Shown in pieces: positions 19,601-28,492 of a DNA stretch of 64,000 nucleotides. Location: positions 1 to 64,000 of the forward strand of contig JAAOZP010000017.1 of assembly GCA_011605725.1 (NCBI GenBank), in the 5' to 3' direction. The DNA comes from Nitrososphaerota archaeon. GTDB taxonomy: Archaea > Thermoproteota > EX4484-205 > JAAOZP01. Each line of letters starts with the position of its first letter. Position 1 is the stretch's first letter. The position numbers were made by a program, and so were the translations under genes. Under the pieces are notes generated by a model, which was given only the letters and a program-made list of their open reading frames with translations, had not been told where the DNA came from and searched no databases.

Positions 19601-20290
19601 TCATCGGATTTCAGGGTATAGGTCGAGGACTATTCCCGAGCCCCTGTCAACATGAAGCCTGTAATACCTTGTGTCATGGTTCGTAGCCCTCATTTTAAGT
19701 ATCATCAGCCTCTTGTCAAGCCTGTTTCCAACAACCACCGACTCCATTATTATGATTCCGTCGGATACGAATTCCTCCACGCCCAATCCTATTCCCTTGC
19801 TTCCCCACGGGTTCTCCGTGACCATTATCGTTGTGCAGCCAAGGTTTTTCAGCATTCTGGCGAGAAGGTTTACAACCGCCCTGACCTCGGATTTCCTGCT
19901 TAAAGCCATGTTTAGGGCTGAAACAGAGTCTACTACAACCCTGTCTGCCTTAAACTTCCTAGCCTCGTCCACTATTAGGCTTACAATGTCTTCAACACTG
20001 ATCTTAGCCATCGTCGGGAACTCGACTATCTTAACCATGCCTTTCTCCTCAAGCTTGGAAAAATCCCATCCTAGGCTTTGCATATGAGCCTTAAAATGCT
20101 CACCTGTCTCGCTCATACATATGTAGAGGCCTTTCTCACCGTATTGCGAAGCCCCGTTGTATATGAACTGGGCTGAGAGAATGGTTTTGCCTACGCCAGC
20201 GTTTCCCGCGATGATGATCAGCCCGCCTCTGGGTACTCCACCCTCCATCAGGCTGTCGAGCTCACCTATGCCAAACGGTGTTCTCTCCAT
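19601..20290 (-). CDS. Single-domain KaiC/RAD55-like ATPase
   Basis: GIGELDSLMEGGVP, Walker A GNAGVGKT, Walker B VVVDS, VEEFVSDG (KaiC CI-like), KMR arginine finger. Confidence 0.92.
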   Translation of the reverse strand: MERTPFGIGELDSLMEGGVPRGGLIIIAGNAGVGKTILSAQFIYNGASQYGEKGLYICMSETGEHFKAHMQSLGWDFSKLEEKGMVKIVEFPTMAKISVEDIVSLIVDEARKFKADRVVVDSVSALNMALSRKSEVRAVVNLLARMLKNLGCTTIMVTENPWGSKGIGLGVEEFVSDGIIIMESVVVGNRLDKRLMILKMRATNHDTRYYRLHVDRGSGIVLDLYPEIR

Positions 20291-20295
20291 TTTTC

Positions 20296-20919
20296 TCAAA
20301 CCTCCGAAAGTATTTCTGAGAATTTCATCAGTATTACGCTGCTGTCCTCCGTTAATGATGATATTTCTACGCTTCCACCGGTCAGGGATTCCAGCAGCTG
20401 GGTCATAATGCCTCTGAACATGAACCGGTTTATCCTGAGATTGTTTAAAGTAGCCTTTATCGCACCGTTTCCAACTCTTTCAAATAGAACACCTCCCCAT
20501 CCTCTGAGGACACATATCTTGGAAAGATTTGTCAAAACGTCTTCAACCGCTGTTTTTCCTCCCGTCATCTCCTTGATCTCCTCAAGCAATGCTTGTCCAA
20601 CCCCCTTTCCAGCGTAGAAGAATATGACGTCGGCTGCAGTGTAATACATGTTTTTGAACGATTTTTCAAACTCGCTCCATTCAGCAGGTGAAAACTTGAA
20701 TTCAACAGTCTCGTTGGAGCTGAACAGTAGGCTCCTAGCGTAGTCGCTTAAAACAGGCTGATAACCAAGTATGACGCCCTCGTTCTCCATCCTGTTTATT
20801 CTTCTAGCAACCGTCCGGTCCGATACTTCAAGACGCTTAGCGATGTCACGGTAGCTCTGCTTAGGGTTGCTGCACAGTATGCGTAGTATCTCTAAATCCA
20901 GCTTATCCAGTGGATCCAT
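20296..20919 (-). CDS. Transcription regulator: Lrp/AsnC-type HTH fused to a V4R-like domain
   Basis: LDKLDLEIL..SYRDIAKRLEVSDRTVARRINRMENEGVILGY; C-terminal FYAGKGVG...RGWG...FRGI pattern instead of a RAM domain. Confidence 0.75.
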   Translation of the reverse strand: MDPLDKLDLEILRILCSNPKQSYRDIAKRLEVSDRTVARRINRMENEGVILGYQPVLSDYARSLLFSSNETVEFKFSPAEWSEFEKSFKNMYYTAADVIFFYAGKGVGQALLEEIKEMTGGKTAVEDVLTNLSKICVLRGWGGVLFERVGNGAIKATLNNLRINRFMFRGIMTQLLESLTGGSVEISSLTEDSSVILMKFSEILSEV

Positions 20920-20944
20920 TTTTCACTCTTAACCCGTTTGACCC

Positions 20945-21065
20945 CCCCATATATACTTTTCGATAAACGTAATTTTTTACTATACTCGACATTTCTAAAT
21001 TACAATCTTCGACATTAAGCCTTTCTAAAAAGCGTTTTTCGACAAAACGGTTCTAAACGACATTG
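20945..21065 (-). promoter_or_regulatory. Promoter (BRE/TATA) and repeated operator array of the HTH-KaiC-GH3-7TM operon
   Basis: Minus-strand CGAAAAG-TATATAT about 30 nt before the ATG; plus-strand CGACA at 20987, 21010, 21040, 21058 and TTCTAAA at 20993, 21023, 21051. Confidence 0.55.
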
Positions 21066-21303
21066 AAAATGTTCTTAAAGAGAAAAATGTTTTATGATAG
21101 CCTGCTGTCAGTAACTATTTGAAAAGACATTTATTAAGAAAGTGTTTCAAAGTTTGGCTCCACATTCCGAGCGGAGCTTGGCGCTAGGAGTGTTCTCCGC
21201 TCTAAGCATCCCGTCTCTATCAACTCTACTAAGTTTCTTCTTCAGGAAGTAATTTAGTTATGATATCTATCAAACGGAGAGTTGTCTAGCATGCGCCAAG
21301 GGT

Positions 21304-22887
21304 TTAGAGAACCTGTGTCTCCTTCCGGGTTCTGACGGTAAATAGCTGGGGAAGCTTCTTTCTTCTGTAAATATGATACTCGTGTAATAATATTGCTAAG
21401 GCAATAATTATAATTAGGATCGCTATTATTAAAAGAATGGTCTGTGAAAGAGTCATTGAAACACCAAGTATCTTGAGGAAGACGTCAAGCTCAACTTTAA
21501 CTAGATGGTCACTTGTAAGCGTTACTTGAGTTCTCCTAAGAAATTGGTCGAAGGAAACCTCAATAGTGTAGTCTCCATCAGGCAGCTCAACCTCCGCGTT
21601 CCCACCCTTATCTGTAAGCATCCTAACCAGTTTAACACCATTCTTCAAAACAGTGACGCCAGCACCCTCTAAAGCCTGTCCCTGAGCACCCCTCACCATA
21701 ATGGTTATACTGTGCACGTTTGAAGGCGTTACAGTTATTTCGCCGCCTGTCACAATCTCTATTTTCTGAAACACAAGGTCTGAGCCAAGCCATTTAGCTG
21801 ACACCGTGTAGTTTCCCGACGGAACCTGTGCTGCCAAGACTTCACCGTTCGCGTCAGCCTTACCCAAGTATACTCCCTCCAAGAAAGCATCAGCATTCGT
21901 CAAGGGTCTCCCGCCTGGTGACAATAATCTTAAAACAATGTCGTAGACTGGCATTATTATTACAGTGTCCTCCGTCACGGTTGTCTTCACGACAGCCTTG
22001 CTGCCATACCTGCTCACCCATTCGGCGGTAAGCCTGTAGCTTATCCTCGGCATCTTCTGGAAAAGCAGGGTTCCAGCCTCATCGGTGAAACCACTAATCC
22101 CCCATTCCTCAAGGAGGACGTGAACGTTTTTCAACGGCCTGCCTTGCGCATCGTTGAGAGACATAGCCATGTCGCCAACGTCAGCCCTGAATATTTTAGC
22201 CTGCGAGACGGCGTATTCAGAAGTGGAGGCGTAAGACTCGGGGCGTATACCCAAGTATATGTACTGGTGCTGAGGCTCGTCAGTATAGCTGTCGAAAACC
22301 ACTACTGTAGAAACTGGGCCGAGAATCTTGCTACAGCCAGCAGGCCTATAGTAAACCATAACATAGTATTTCCCGTAGAACCTTGCCCATCCTGATCTAC
22401 CGTTGAAGGTTAAGTGTTGAACATACTCGTCTCCAACGGGCTGCGGCGGAAAATTGTTCGAAACAGGGTCCCACTCGGGGTTGACTGGCTCGCCCGTAAG
22501 CATCATGTTCTCGTCGAGCCAGAACCATCCTCTTAGCAGGTTGAACCCTATGTCAACCCTGTCTCCGGGCTCAATCTTCAAGTGTTCAGCAGCGTTGCCA
22601 GCTCCGACGAAGAGTGTCCCAGCATGACCATGGTTGTCCGTTATCGCAGCGGTCACGTTACCCCCGGTGTAAGCGTCGACCACGTATACCCACGCGTCGT
22701 CAATAGGCTGCCCGTCTTCAGTAACCAGGGTAATCATGAGCCTCGCGTTCCAGTCGAGATGCACTACTGTGCTGTCCCAGCCTGAAGCATGCTCCACCCT
22801 TAAGCTGCTCAGAGGGGAAATGCTTACTACTAATAGGAGTGAGAATGCTGCAGCCACATTAATCCTCAGACTGCTCTTCCCCTCCAT
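21304..22887 (-). CDS. Secreted, C-terminally anchored surface protein with carboxypeptidase-regulatory-like (prealbumin-fold) repeats
   Basis: Signal peptide; repeats GRPLxNxxV...TDxxG...PxGxYTI; C-terminal TM helix plus RRKK. Confidence 0.8.
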   Translation of the reverse strand: MEGKSSLRINVAAAFSLLLVVSISPLSSLRVEHASGWDSTVVHLDWNARLMITLVTEDGQPIDDAWVYVVDAYTGGNVTAAITDNHGHAGTLFVGAGNAAEHLKIEPGDRVDIGFNLLRGWFWLDENMMLTGEPVNPEWDPVSNNFPPQPVGDEYVQHLTFNGRSGWARFYGKYYVMVYYRPAGCSKILGPVSTVVVFDSYTDEPQHQYIYLGIRPESYASTSEYAVSQAKIFRADVGDMAMSLNDAQGRPLKNVHVLLEEWGISGFTDEAGTLLFQKMPRISYRLTAEWVSRYGSKAVVKTTVTEDTVIIMPVYDIVLRLLSPGGRPLTNADAFLEGVYLGKADANGEVLAAQVPSGNYTVSAKWLGSDLVFQKIEIVTGGEITVTPSNVHSITIMVRGAQGQALEGAGVTVLKNGVKLVRMLTDKGGNAEVELPDGDYTIEVSFDQFLRRTQVTLTSDHLVKVELDVFLKILGVSMTLSQTILLIIAILIIIIALAILLHEYHIYRRKKLPQLFTVRTRKETQVL

Positions 22888-23654
22888 CTGTCTTAAAGAG
22901 TTGGGAAGACGGGTTTAAACATTGTTTTACAATCCTTTAAATACGGAGAGACAGAGTATTACTGCGTTTTCCAGCATTAGCATGTGCTAAACCGTTTTAG
23001 ACATGTTGCTCGTGTTTCCCCACACTATTAATCTAGGGTTTGACCAGCTGTAAGGCAGCATGCCGGCTGCCAATCCGGCCTTAAAACGGCGCGCGCTATA
23101 ACGTTAAGTTTTAACGGAGGCTTATCAAGCTGGAATGATTCTCGACTCGTCGAATTCCCATTGCTTCTTAAGAGAGGAGCCCTACTTCGGAGGCTTGCTT
23201 TTCACCGTCAGCATTGCTAGCGTGCAGACTGTTTAAGGCTGAAGATTCCTCCTTCAGAAAAAGGGTGGGGGAAGAATCCAAACCCTCCATGCTTCCGACC
23301 GTTAAAAAGTGGGAAAACATTCGTTAAAAGGCCTATAAGCAGGGAGAACGCTAGTCCATCCATGAATCTTTCCCTCAGTTCATCTGTGTCAGGCTCCATC
23401 CACTGCTCCTCCGAGGAAACATGCAGAATGTTTTTAATAAGAATTGTTTCACAACCCTGCCTACAAACAGGCTCTACCTTTAAAAAATGTTTGAAAAGAA
23501 AAATATTTATAGGATAATTCGCCCGAATACCCGGCACGGAATCAACGGGGAATATTTCTATCCAACATGACGATCCGCTGAAAAGCAGTGGAAAAGCGTG
23601 TTTTTAAAACCTGCCAAACAAGTTTAAGAAACACTTGCGTTTCCACTTTAAACG

Positions 23655-24083
23655 GTGATGAATGTGATCGTGGTTGAGACGGAGCTTGGAGTAAAGACTA
23701 AAGGGGAGCTTGACATCGTGAATATTACAGGTGAAATTGAGAAGATAGTTTCGAAAACCGGTATTAAAAACGGTATTGCTAATGTTTTCGTACCCGGGTC
23801 CACGGGGGCAGTGACAACGATAGAGTATGAGCCAGGCTTGCTTAAGGATCTTCCTAATGCTCTGGAGAGGCTAGCTCCCAGGCATGCTGTATACGAGCAT
23901 GAGAAGGCTTGGCATGATGGGAACGGGCATTCCCATGTTAGGGCATCGATAATCGGGCCGAGCATAACGATCCCCATAAGGGATGGTGCTCTCAGACTCG
24001 GCACCTGGCAGCAGGTAGTGTTCGTAGAGCTTGACGTTAGGCCGAGGACTAGGAGGCTCGTCGTAACATGTCTTGGAGAGTGA
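23655..24083 (+). CDS. YjbQ/UPF0047 family protein
   Basis: GSTGAVTTIEYEPGL, HDGNGHSH, LGTWQ. Confidence 0.93.
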   Translation: MMNVIVVETELGVKTKGELDIVNITGEIEKIVSKTGIKNGIANVFVPGSTGAVTTIEYEPGLLKDLPNALERLAPRHAVYEHEKAWHDGNGHSHVRASIIGPSITIPIRDGALRLGTWQQVVFVELDVRPRTRRLVVTCLGE

Positions 24084-24092
24084 GCACATGGG

Positions 24093-25442
24093 ATGGTTAG
24101 CGTTAAAATAAGCGTAGTAGGGGCAGGCAGCGCAGTCTTCTCCATAAGCCTGATTAGAGACCTGTGTTTAACGCCCAGCCTTTCCGGAAGCACGGTCAGC
24201 CTGATGGATATAAGTAGGGAGAGGCTTGACGCTGTTTACGCGATTTGCAGAAGGTATGCTGGGGAAACTGGAAGCAGGCTAAGGATTGAGAAGACTCTTA
24301 ACCGACGCGAATCCTTGAGGGAAGCCGATTTCGTCGTAAACACTGCGCTCACAGCCGGCTACGCGCGGCTTAGAGAGGGCTGGACCATAGCCCGGAGAAG
24401 GGGGTACAGGTTTGGCGGAAGCCTTCACGTTATGCATGATGAAGCATTCTGGATAAACTTCTACCAGCTTATGTTCTTCGACTCCCTGATGGAGGATATT
24501 CTTGAAGAGTGTCCTGAAGCCTGGCATATTCAACTGGCTAATCCTGTTCTAGCCGGAGTTACATACTTGGGTAGGAGGCACAGTAAGGTTAAAACCATAG
24601 GCTTATGCCACGGCTTCACAGGAGTATACCGGGTCGCCAGCCTGCTTGGGCTCGACGCGAGCAGGATAGGTTTTGAAGCGTCTGGAGTAAACCATTTCAT
24701 ATGGCTGACAAGCCTTACTTACGAGGGTGAAGACGTGCTCCCGCTGCTCGACGACTGGATCACTAGGGAAGCTGGGAAACATTCGGGAAAAGTAGGCTTC
24801 AGCAGCGAGCTTGGCCCTAAGGCTTTCGACCTCTACAGGAGGTTCGGCGTTTTCCCGGTTGGAGACACTTGCACCCCGGGCGGGGGTTCATGGCCATGGT
24901 GGTACCATACGGATGAGGAGACTGAGAGAAGATGGAGGGAGGATCCTGAATCCTGGTGGGAAGGCTTCTTCACCCATAATAGGGAAACCGTTGAGAAAAT
25001 AATCAGAGTATCCTCGGATTATTCTAAAAAGGTTACGAGCGTCTTCCCAGCGGAGAAATCCGGGGAGATAATAATACCCTTGATAGAGTCTATTGCCTGC
25101 GATGTTCCACGGGTGTTTCAAGTTAACATCATTAATTCGGACGGGCTTGTGCCAGGCATCCCCACGGATTTCGAGGTTGAAGTGAAGGCGGAAGTGAGCG
25201 GGAGGGGAGTGCGTGGAATTAGGGCCAGAGGCCTGCCGAAACCACTAGTGGCGTTCATCCTCAGGGATAGGGTGGCGCCTGTGGAAATGGAGCTTGAAGC
25301 ATACGAGGCTGGCAGCAGGGAGAGGCTTCTCGAGCTTGTGGAGATGGACCCCTGGACTAGGAGCGAGGAGCAGGCGGAAGGACTTTTAAACGATATTCTT
25401 TCAATTCCGTACCATGAGGAAATGCGTCGACACTACAAGTAG
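24093..25442 (+). CDS. GH4 NAD-dependent alpha-glucosidase/alpha-galactosidase
   Basis: GAGSAVF, ANP, GLCHG, GVNHFIW. Confidence 0.92.
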   Translation: MVSVKISVVGAGSAVFSISLIRDLCLTPSLSGSTVSLMDISRERLDAVYAICRRYAGETGSRLRIEKTLNRRESLREADFVVNTALTAGYARLREGWTIARRRGYRFGGSLHVMHDEAFWINFYQLMFFDSLMEDILEECPEAWHIQLANPVLAGVTYLGRRHSKVKTIGLCHGFTGVYRVASLLGLDASRIGFEASGVNHFIWLTSLTYEGEDVLPLLDDWITREAGKHSGKVGFSSELGPKAFDLYRRFGVFPVGDTCTPGGGSWPWWYHTDEETERRWREDPESWWEGFFTHNRETVEKIIRVSSDYSKKVTSVFPAEKSGEIIIPLIESIACDVPRVFQVNIINSDGLVPGIPTDFEVEVKAEVSGRGVRGIRARGLPKPLVAFILRDRVAPVEMELEAYEAGSRERLLELVEMDPWTRSEEQAEGLLNDILSIPYHEEMRRHYK

Positions 25443-25506
25443 AGTAAATGCGAAAATGTTAACAAGCGATGGGCTTCTGTAACATGTGCACATCCGGCTT
25501 TAAAGC

Positions 25507-26481
25507 CTAAATTCTTATCTTAACATTGTTCTTCTCGAGAAACCTGTTTAATTCATCTCTAGAGGGGAGAGCTGTTATCGCACCCGGCTTCGTGACGACG
25601 AGTGCTCCCACAGCATTTGCAACCATGACGCATTGCTCAAAATCCAGACCTTTACAAAGACCTACTAAAAGGCCTGCGTTCCAGCCGTCTCCAGCTCCAG
25701 TCGCGTCAACAGCCTTAACCTTGAAAGCGGGCGCGTAAACCTCAGGCCCACCTCTAGCTTTCGCGAAGGAGCCTTGAGAGCCGAGTTTAATGCCCACAAT
25801 CCTAACCCCGTACTTTAAGGCTTTTTCAGCAGCATTCTTGGGGCTACTTGTCCCAAAGATGAACCTAGCCTCTTCCCTTGAGAAAGTAGCTATGTCGGAG
25901 AGCCTAAGCATACTCGCGTAGGTTTCCCTTAGGACTGTTTCAGAACGCCAGACGTCGAGCCTCAGGGTGGGGTCGAAAGATACGTCTACGCCAGAATTCT
26001 TAGCGTGCCTCACCGCCTTAATTAATGCCTGCCTAGCGGGTTTTTGGGAGAGCGCGAACCCTGAAACATGCAGTATCTTAGCCTGAGATATGTAGTCGTA
26101 ATCAATGTCTTCTGGTGATAGTAGAGTGTCTGAAGTATGTTTCAACCATGGGCTCCGGTAGAAGATACAGACCCATCCTTTAACAGGATCGTTAACGATG
26201 AATGCCAGCGTGGTTCTAACTCTCCTTTTAATTTCTACACGCGATGCGTCGACACCATTCTTTTTAAACTCTTCAAGTATAAATCTTCCGAAGAAGTCGT
26301 CGCCGACCGCTGCTATAGCTCCTGCTTTAACACCTAGTCTCGCAACACCAACTACAGTATTCATCGGAGCCCCTCCAAAACATTTTTTGAAAGTCTCAGC
26401 TTTATCTAGAGAAGTGTGTTCAACACCTATAAAATCTATAAGCACCTCCCCAATACCGATAACCTGAGGACTACGCGGCAT
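25507..26481 (-). CDS. PfkB-family carbohydrate kinase
   Basis: GGAPMN, VGDDFFG, FDPTLR, DATGAGD. Confidence 0.93.
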   Translation of the reverse strand: MPRSPQVIGIGEVLIDFIGVEHTSLDKAETFKKCFGGAPMNTVVGVARLGVKAGAIAAVGDDFFGRFILEEFKKNGVDASRVEIKRRVRTTLAFIVNDPVKGWVCIFYRSPWLKHTSDTLLSPEDIDYDYISQAKILHVSGFALSQKPARQALIKAVRHAKNSGVDVSFDPTLRLDVWRSETVLRETYASMLRLSDIATFSREEARFIFGTSSPKNAAEKALKYGVRIVGIKLGSQGSFAKARGGPEVYAPAFKVKAVDATGAGDGWNAGLLVGLCKGLDFEQCVMVANAVGALVVTKPGAITALPSRDELNRFLEKNNVKIRI

Positions 26482-26571
26482 GCCTCAACATGTTTTAAAG
26501 CCTTATTTATCCTTAACGATTCAAAGATTCTCAGTGAAGCTTATATTTCCAACAATTCTGAAAGGATTCTA

Positions 26572-27537
26572 ATGAAGGCGACTGCAAAAGCCCATCCGAT
26601 CCAAGGTTTAATAAAGTATCACGGCTTAAAGGATCCTGTTTTAAGAATACCGTTTCACGACAGTATATCAGTGTGCGTTGATGCTCTTTCCACAGTCACA
26701 ACTGTTGAAACCGATGAAGAATTGGGGGAAGACTTGATAATAGTTAACGGGGAGAAGATTACTGGAAACGCTAAGGATAGGGTTGAAACGGTCCTCCGGA
26801 AGCTTAAGAAGATGGCAGACTACCAAGGGTTCTTCAGAGTTGTTTCAGAAAACAGTTTAAAAGAGGGGAAGGGCTTGGGTTTTTCCGCATCGGGATTCGC
26901 CGCCCTCGGGTTGGCTGCCAGTGCCGCCTTAAAACTGGATTTAGACGACGCTTCTCTGTGTGAAACAGTAAGGATGGGTGCTGGTTCTGCCACGAGGAGC
27001 CTCGTAGGAGGCTTCGCAATATGGTATGCTGATAAAAACGGAAGATCGTATGCTGAGCAGATTGCTACGCCTAAAGATGTTGATCTAACTATGGTAATAA
27101 TCCCGATTCATTCCAGTTTTAAGACTGATGAGGCACATTTCGAAGTTCTAAGTTCACCGCTCTTCGAATCCAGGTTGAAAAGCATTTCAAGCATGGTTGA
27201 ATCCATGAGAAAAGCTATAGTTGAAAACGATGTACGGAGCATCGGGAGACTTGCTGAAGAAGATACTTTGAATCTTCACGCGATTACGATGACGGGTAAG
27301 TCGAGAATAATCCTATGGGAGCCAGAGACGCTTCGGATAATAAAAGAAGTAGTGAAAATGCGTGCTGAGGGCATACCTGCGTGGTATTCTATTGATACTG
27401 GCCCTTCCGTTTTCATCAACACTCTTAAGGATTACGAGGATTCCGTCGTCAGTCGGATGAAAGATTTAAAACTTCCTAGAATCATTGTTAGCAGGCCAGG
27501 CGGTGGGGCTTCACTCATCAGCAACAATTTGTTCTAA
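26572..27537 (+). CDS. mvaD: Phosphomevalonate/diphosphomevalonate decarboxylase (haloarchaeal PMD-like)
   Basis: MKATAKAHPIQGLIKYHG, PFHDSISV, GHMP loop KGLGFSASGFAAL, RMGAGSATRS, SIDTGPS. Confidence 0.88.
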   Translation: MKATAKAHPIQGLIKYHGLKDPVLRIPFHDSISVCVDALSTVTTVETDEELGEDLIIVNGEKITGNAKDRVETVLRKLKKMADYQGFFRVVSENSLKEGKGLGFSASGFAALGLAASAALKLDLDDASLCETVRMGAGSATRSLVGGFAIWYADKNGRSYAEQIATPKDVDLTMVIIPIHSSFKTDEAHFEVLSSPLFESRLKSISSMVESMRKAIVENDVRSIGRLAEEDTLNLHAITMTGKSRIILWEPETLRIIKEVVKMRAEGIPAWYSIDTGPSVFINTLKDYEDSVVSRMKDLKLPRIIVSRPGGGASLISNNLF

Positions 27538-27609
27538 CGCCTAGTTAACTATAAGCCCATATTTTCGGAAAAAAAAGTTACATCATCCTCCGGGTTAAAG
27601 GTTTCACGG

Positions 27610-27903
27610 ATGAATGTCGTTAAGGTCGACGGTAAAAACAGTAAGCACAGGGTTCTACTGTACGCGTTGAGCACCTGTGGCTGGTGCAGGAAGACTAAAA
27701 AGTTTTTAACGGATAACAGCGTTGCGCACGAATATATCGACGTAGACCTGTGTACTGACGAAGAGTATGAGCAAATATGCAGAGATATTTTGGAAAGAGG
27801 AGGTAGAATAGCGTTCCCAACGCTGATAGTGGACGATTCCAGACTAATAACCGGTTTCAATGTGGATGAGATTCGGGAGGCATTGGAGATTGGTAACACT
27901 TGA
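27610..27903 (+). CDS. Glutaredoxin-like protein
   Basis: YALSTCGWC, FPT..ITGF. Confidence 0.9.
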   Translation: MNVVKVDGKNSKHRVLLYALSTCGWCRKTKKFLTDNSVAHEYIDVDLCTDEEYEQICRDILERGGRIAFPTLIVDDSRLITGFNVDEIREALEIGNT

Positions 27904-28438
27904 GCAGGTGAGGCAAAGGGCTGAAAACGATGCGAGGACGCATGGCTACTATTTGAACCCTGACGAAGAGTTTCTGATAAGCCTGCTTGAGGGATTAAGG
28001 GAGAATGAGGAGCGCTACGGGTACCCCTCATGCCCATGCAGGCGTGCAACCGGAGTTTTTGAACTCGACAGAGACATTATATGCCCATGCGACTACAGAG
28101 ATCCTGATTGTGAAGAATACGGCTACTGCTATTGCGGGCTCTACGTGAGGAAGGATGTTGCTGAAAAGAGGCTGCCGATAAAACCGATACCTGAACGGAG
28201 GCCTTCTGAGAAGCTTGCTAGAGCATATTCCAAGGAGGATGTAACTGTCAGTGAAAAACCGGTTGAAGAAATCAAGACAACTCTAGTTTCTGAAGAGCAT
28301 CCTGCGGAGGTGTTGAAAATGTGGTATTGCAGGCAGTGTGGCTATGTTTGCTTTCGAGAAGAACCGCCATATGTTTGCCCAATCTGCAAGGCTAAGAGGG
28401 AAATGTTCAGCAGGTTAACAGTAAAGATAATTGGATGA
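27890..28438 (+). CDS. Ferredoxin:thioredoxin/disulfide reductase catalytic subunit fused to a C-terminal rubredoxin-like domain
   Basis: CPC...CPC...CYC motifs; WYCRQCGY...CPICKA; probable TTG start at 27890. Confidence 0.9.
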   Translation: MVTLEQVRQRAENDARTHGYYLNPDEEFLISLLEGLRENEERYGYPSCPCRRATGVFELDRDIICPCDYRDPDCEEYGYCYCGLYVRKDVAEKRLPIKPIPERRPSEKLARAYSKEDVTVSEKPVEEIKTTLVSEEHPAEVLKMWYCRQCGYVCFREEPPYVCPICKAKREMFSRLTVKIIG

Positions 28439-28492
28439 GACTGAGATTAAATGTAGAAATATTTTTAAAGAAGCGTGAGTCAGAGGGCAGTA

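Noticed and set aside
19601-20290. Interpretation of the KaiC gene as a circadian clock
   Set aside because: Single domain, no ST phosphosites, no kaiA or kaiB nearby
20955-21065. Repeats read as a degenerate CRISPR array
   Set aside because: Units are 5-8 bp with no repeat-spacer geometry and no cas genes
23217-23537. 106-aa minus-strand ORF in the 770-bp spacer
   Set aside because: No motif, atypical composition, runs through AT-rich promoter-like DNA; at best a decayed fragment
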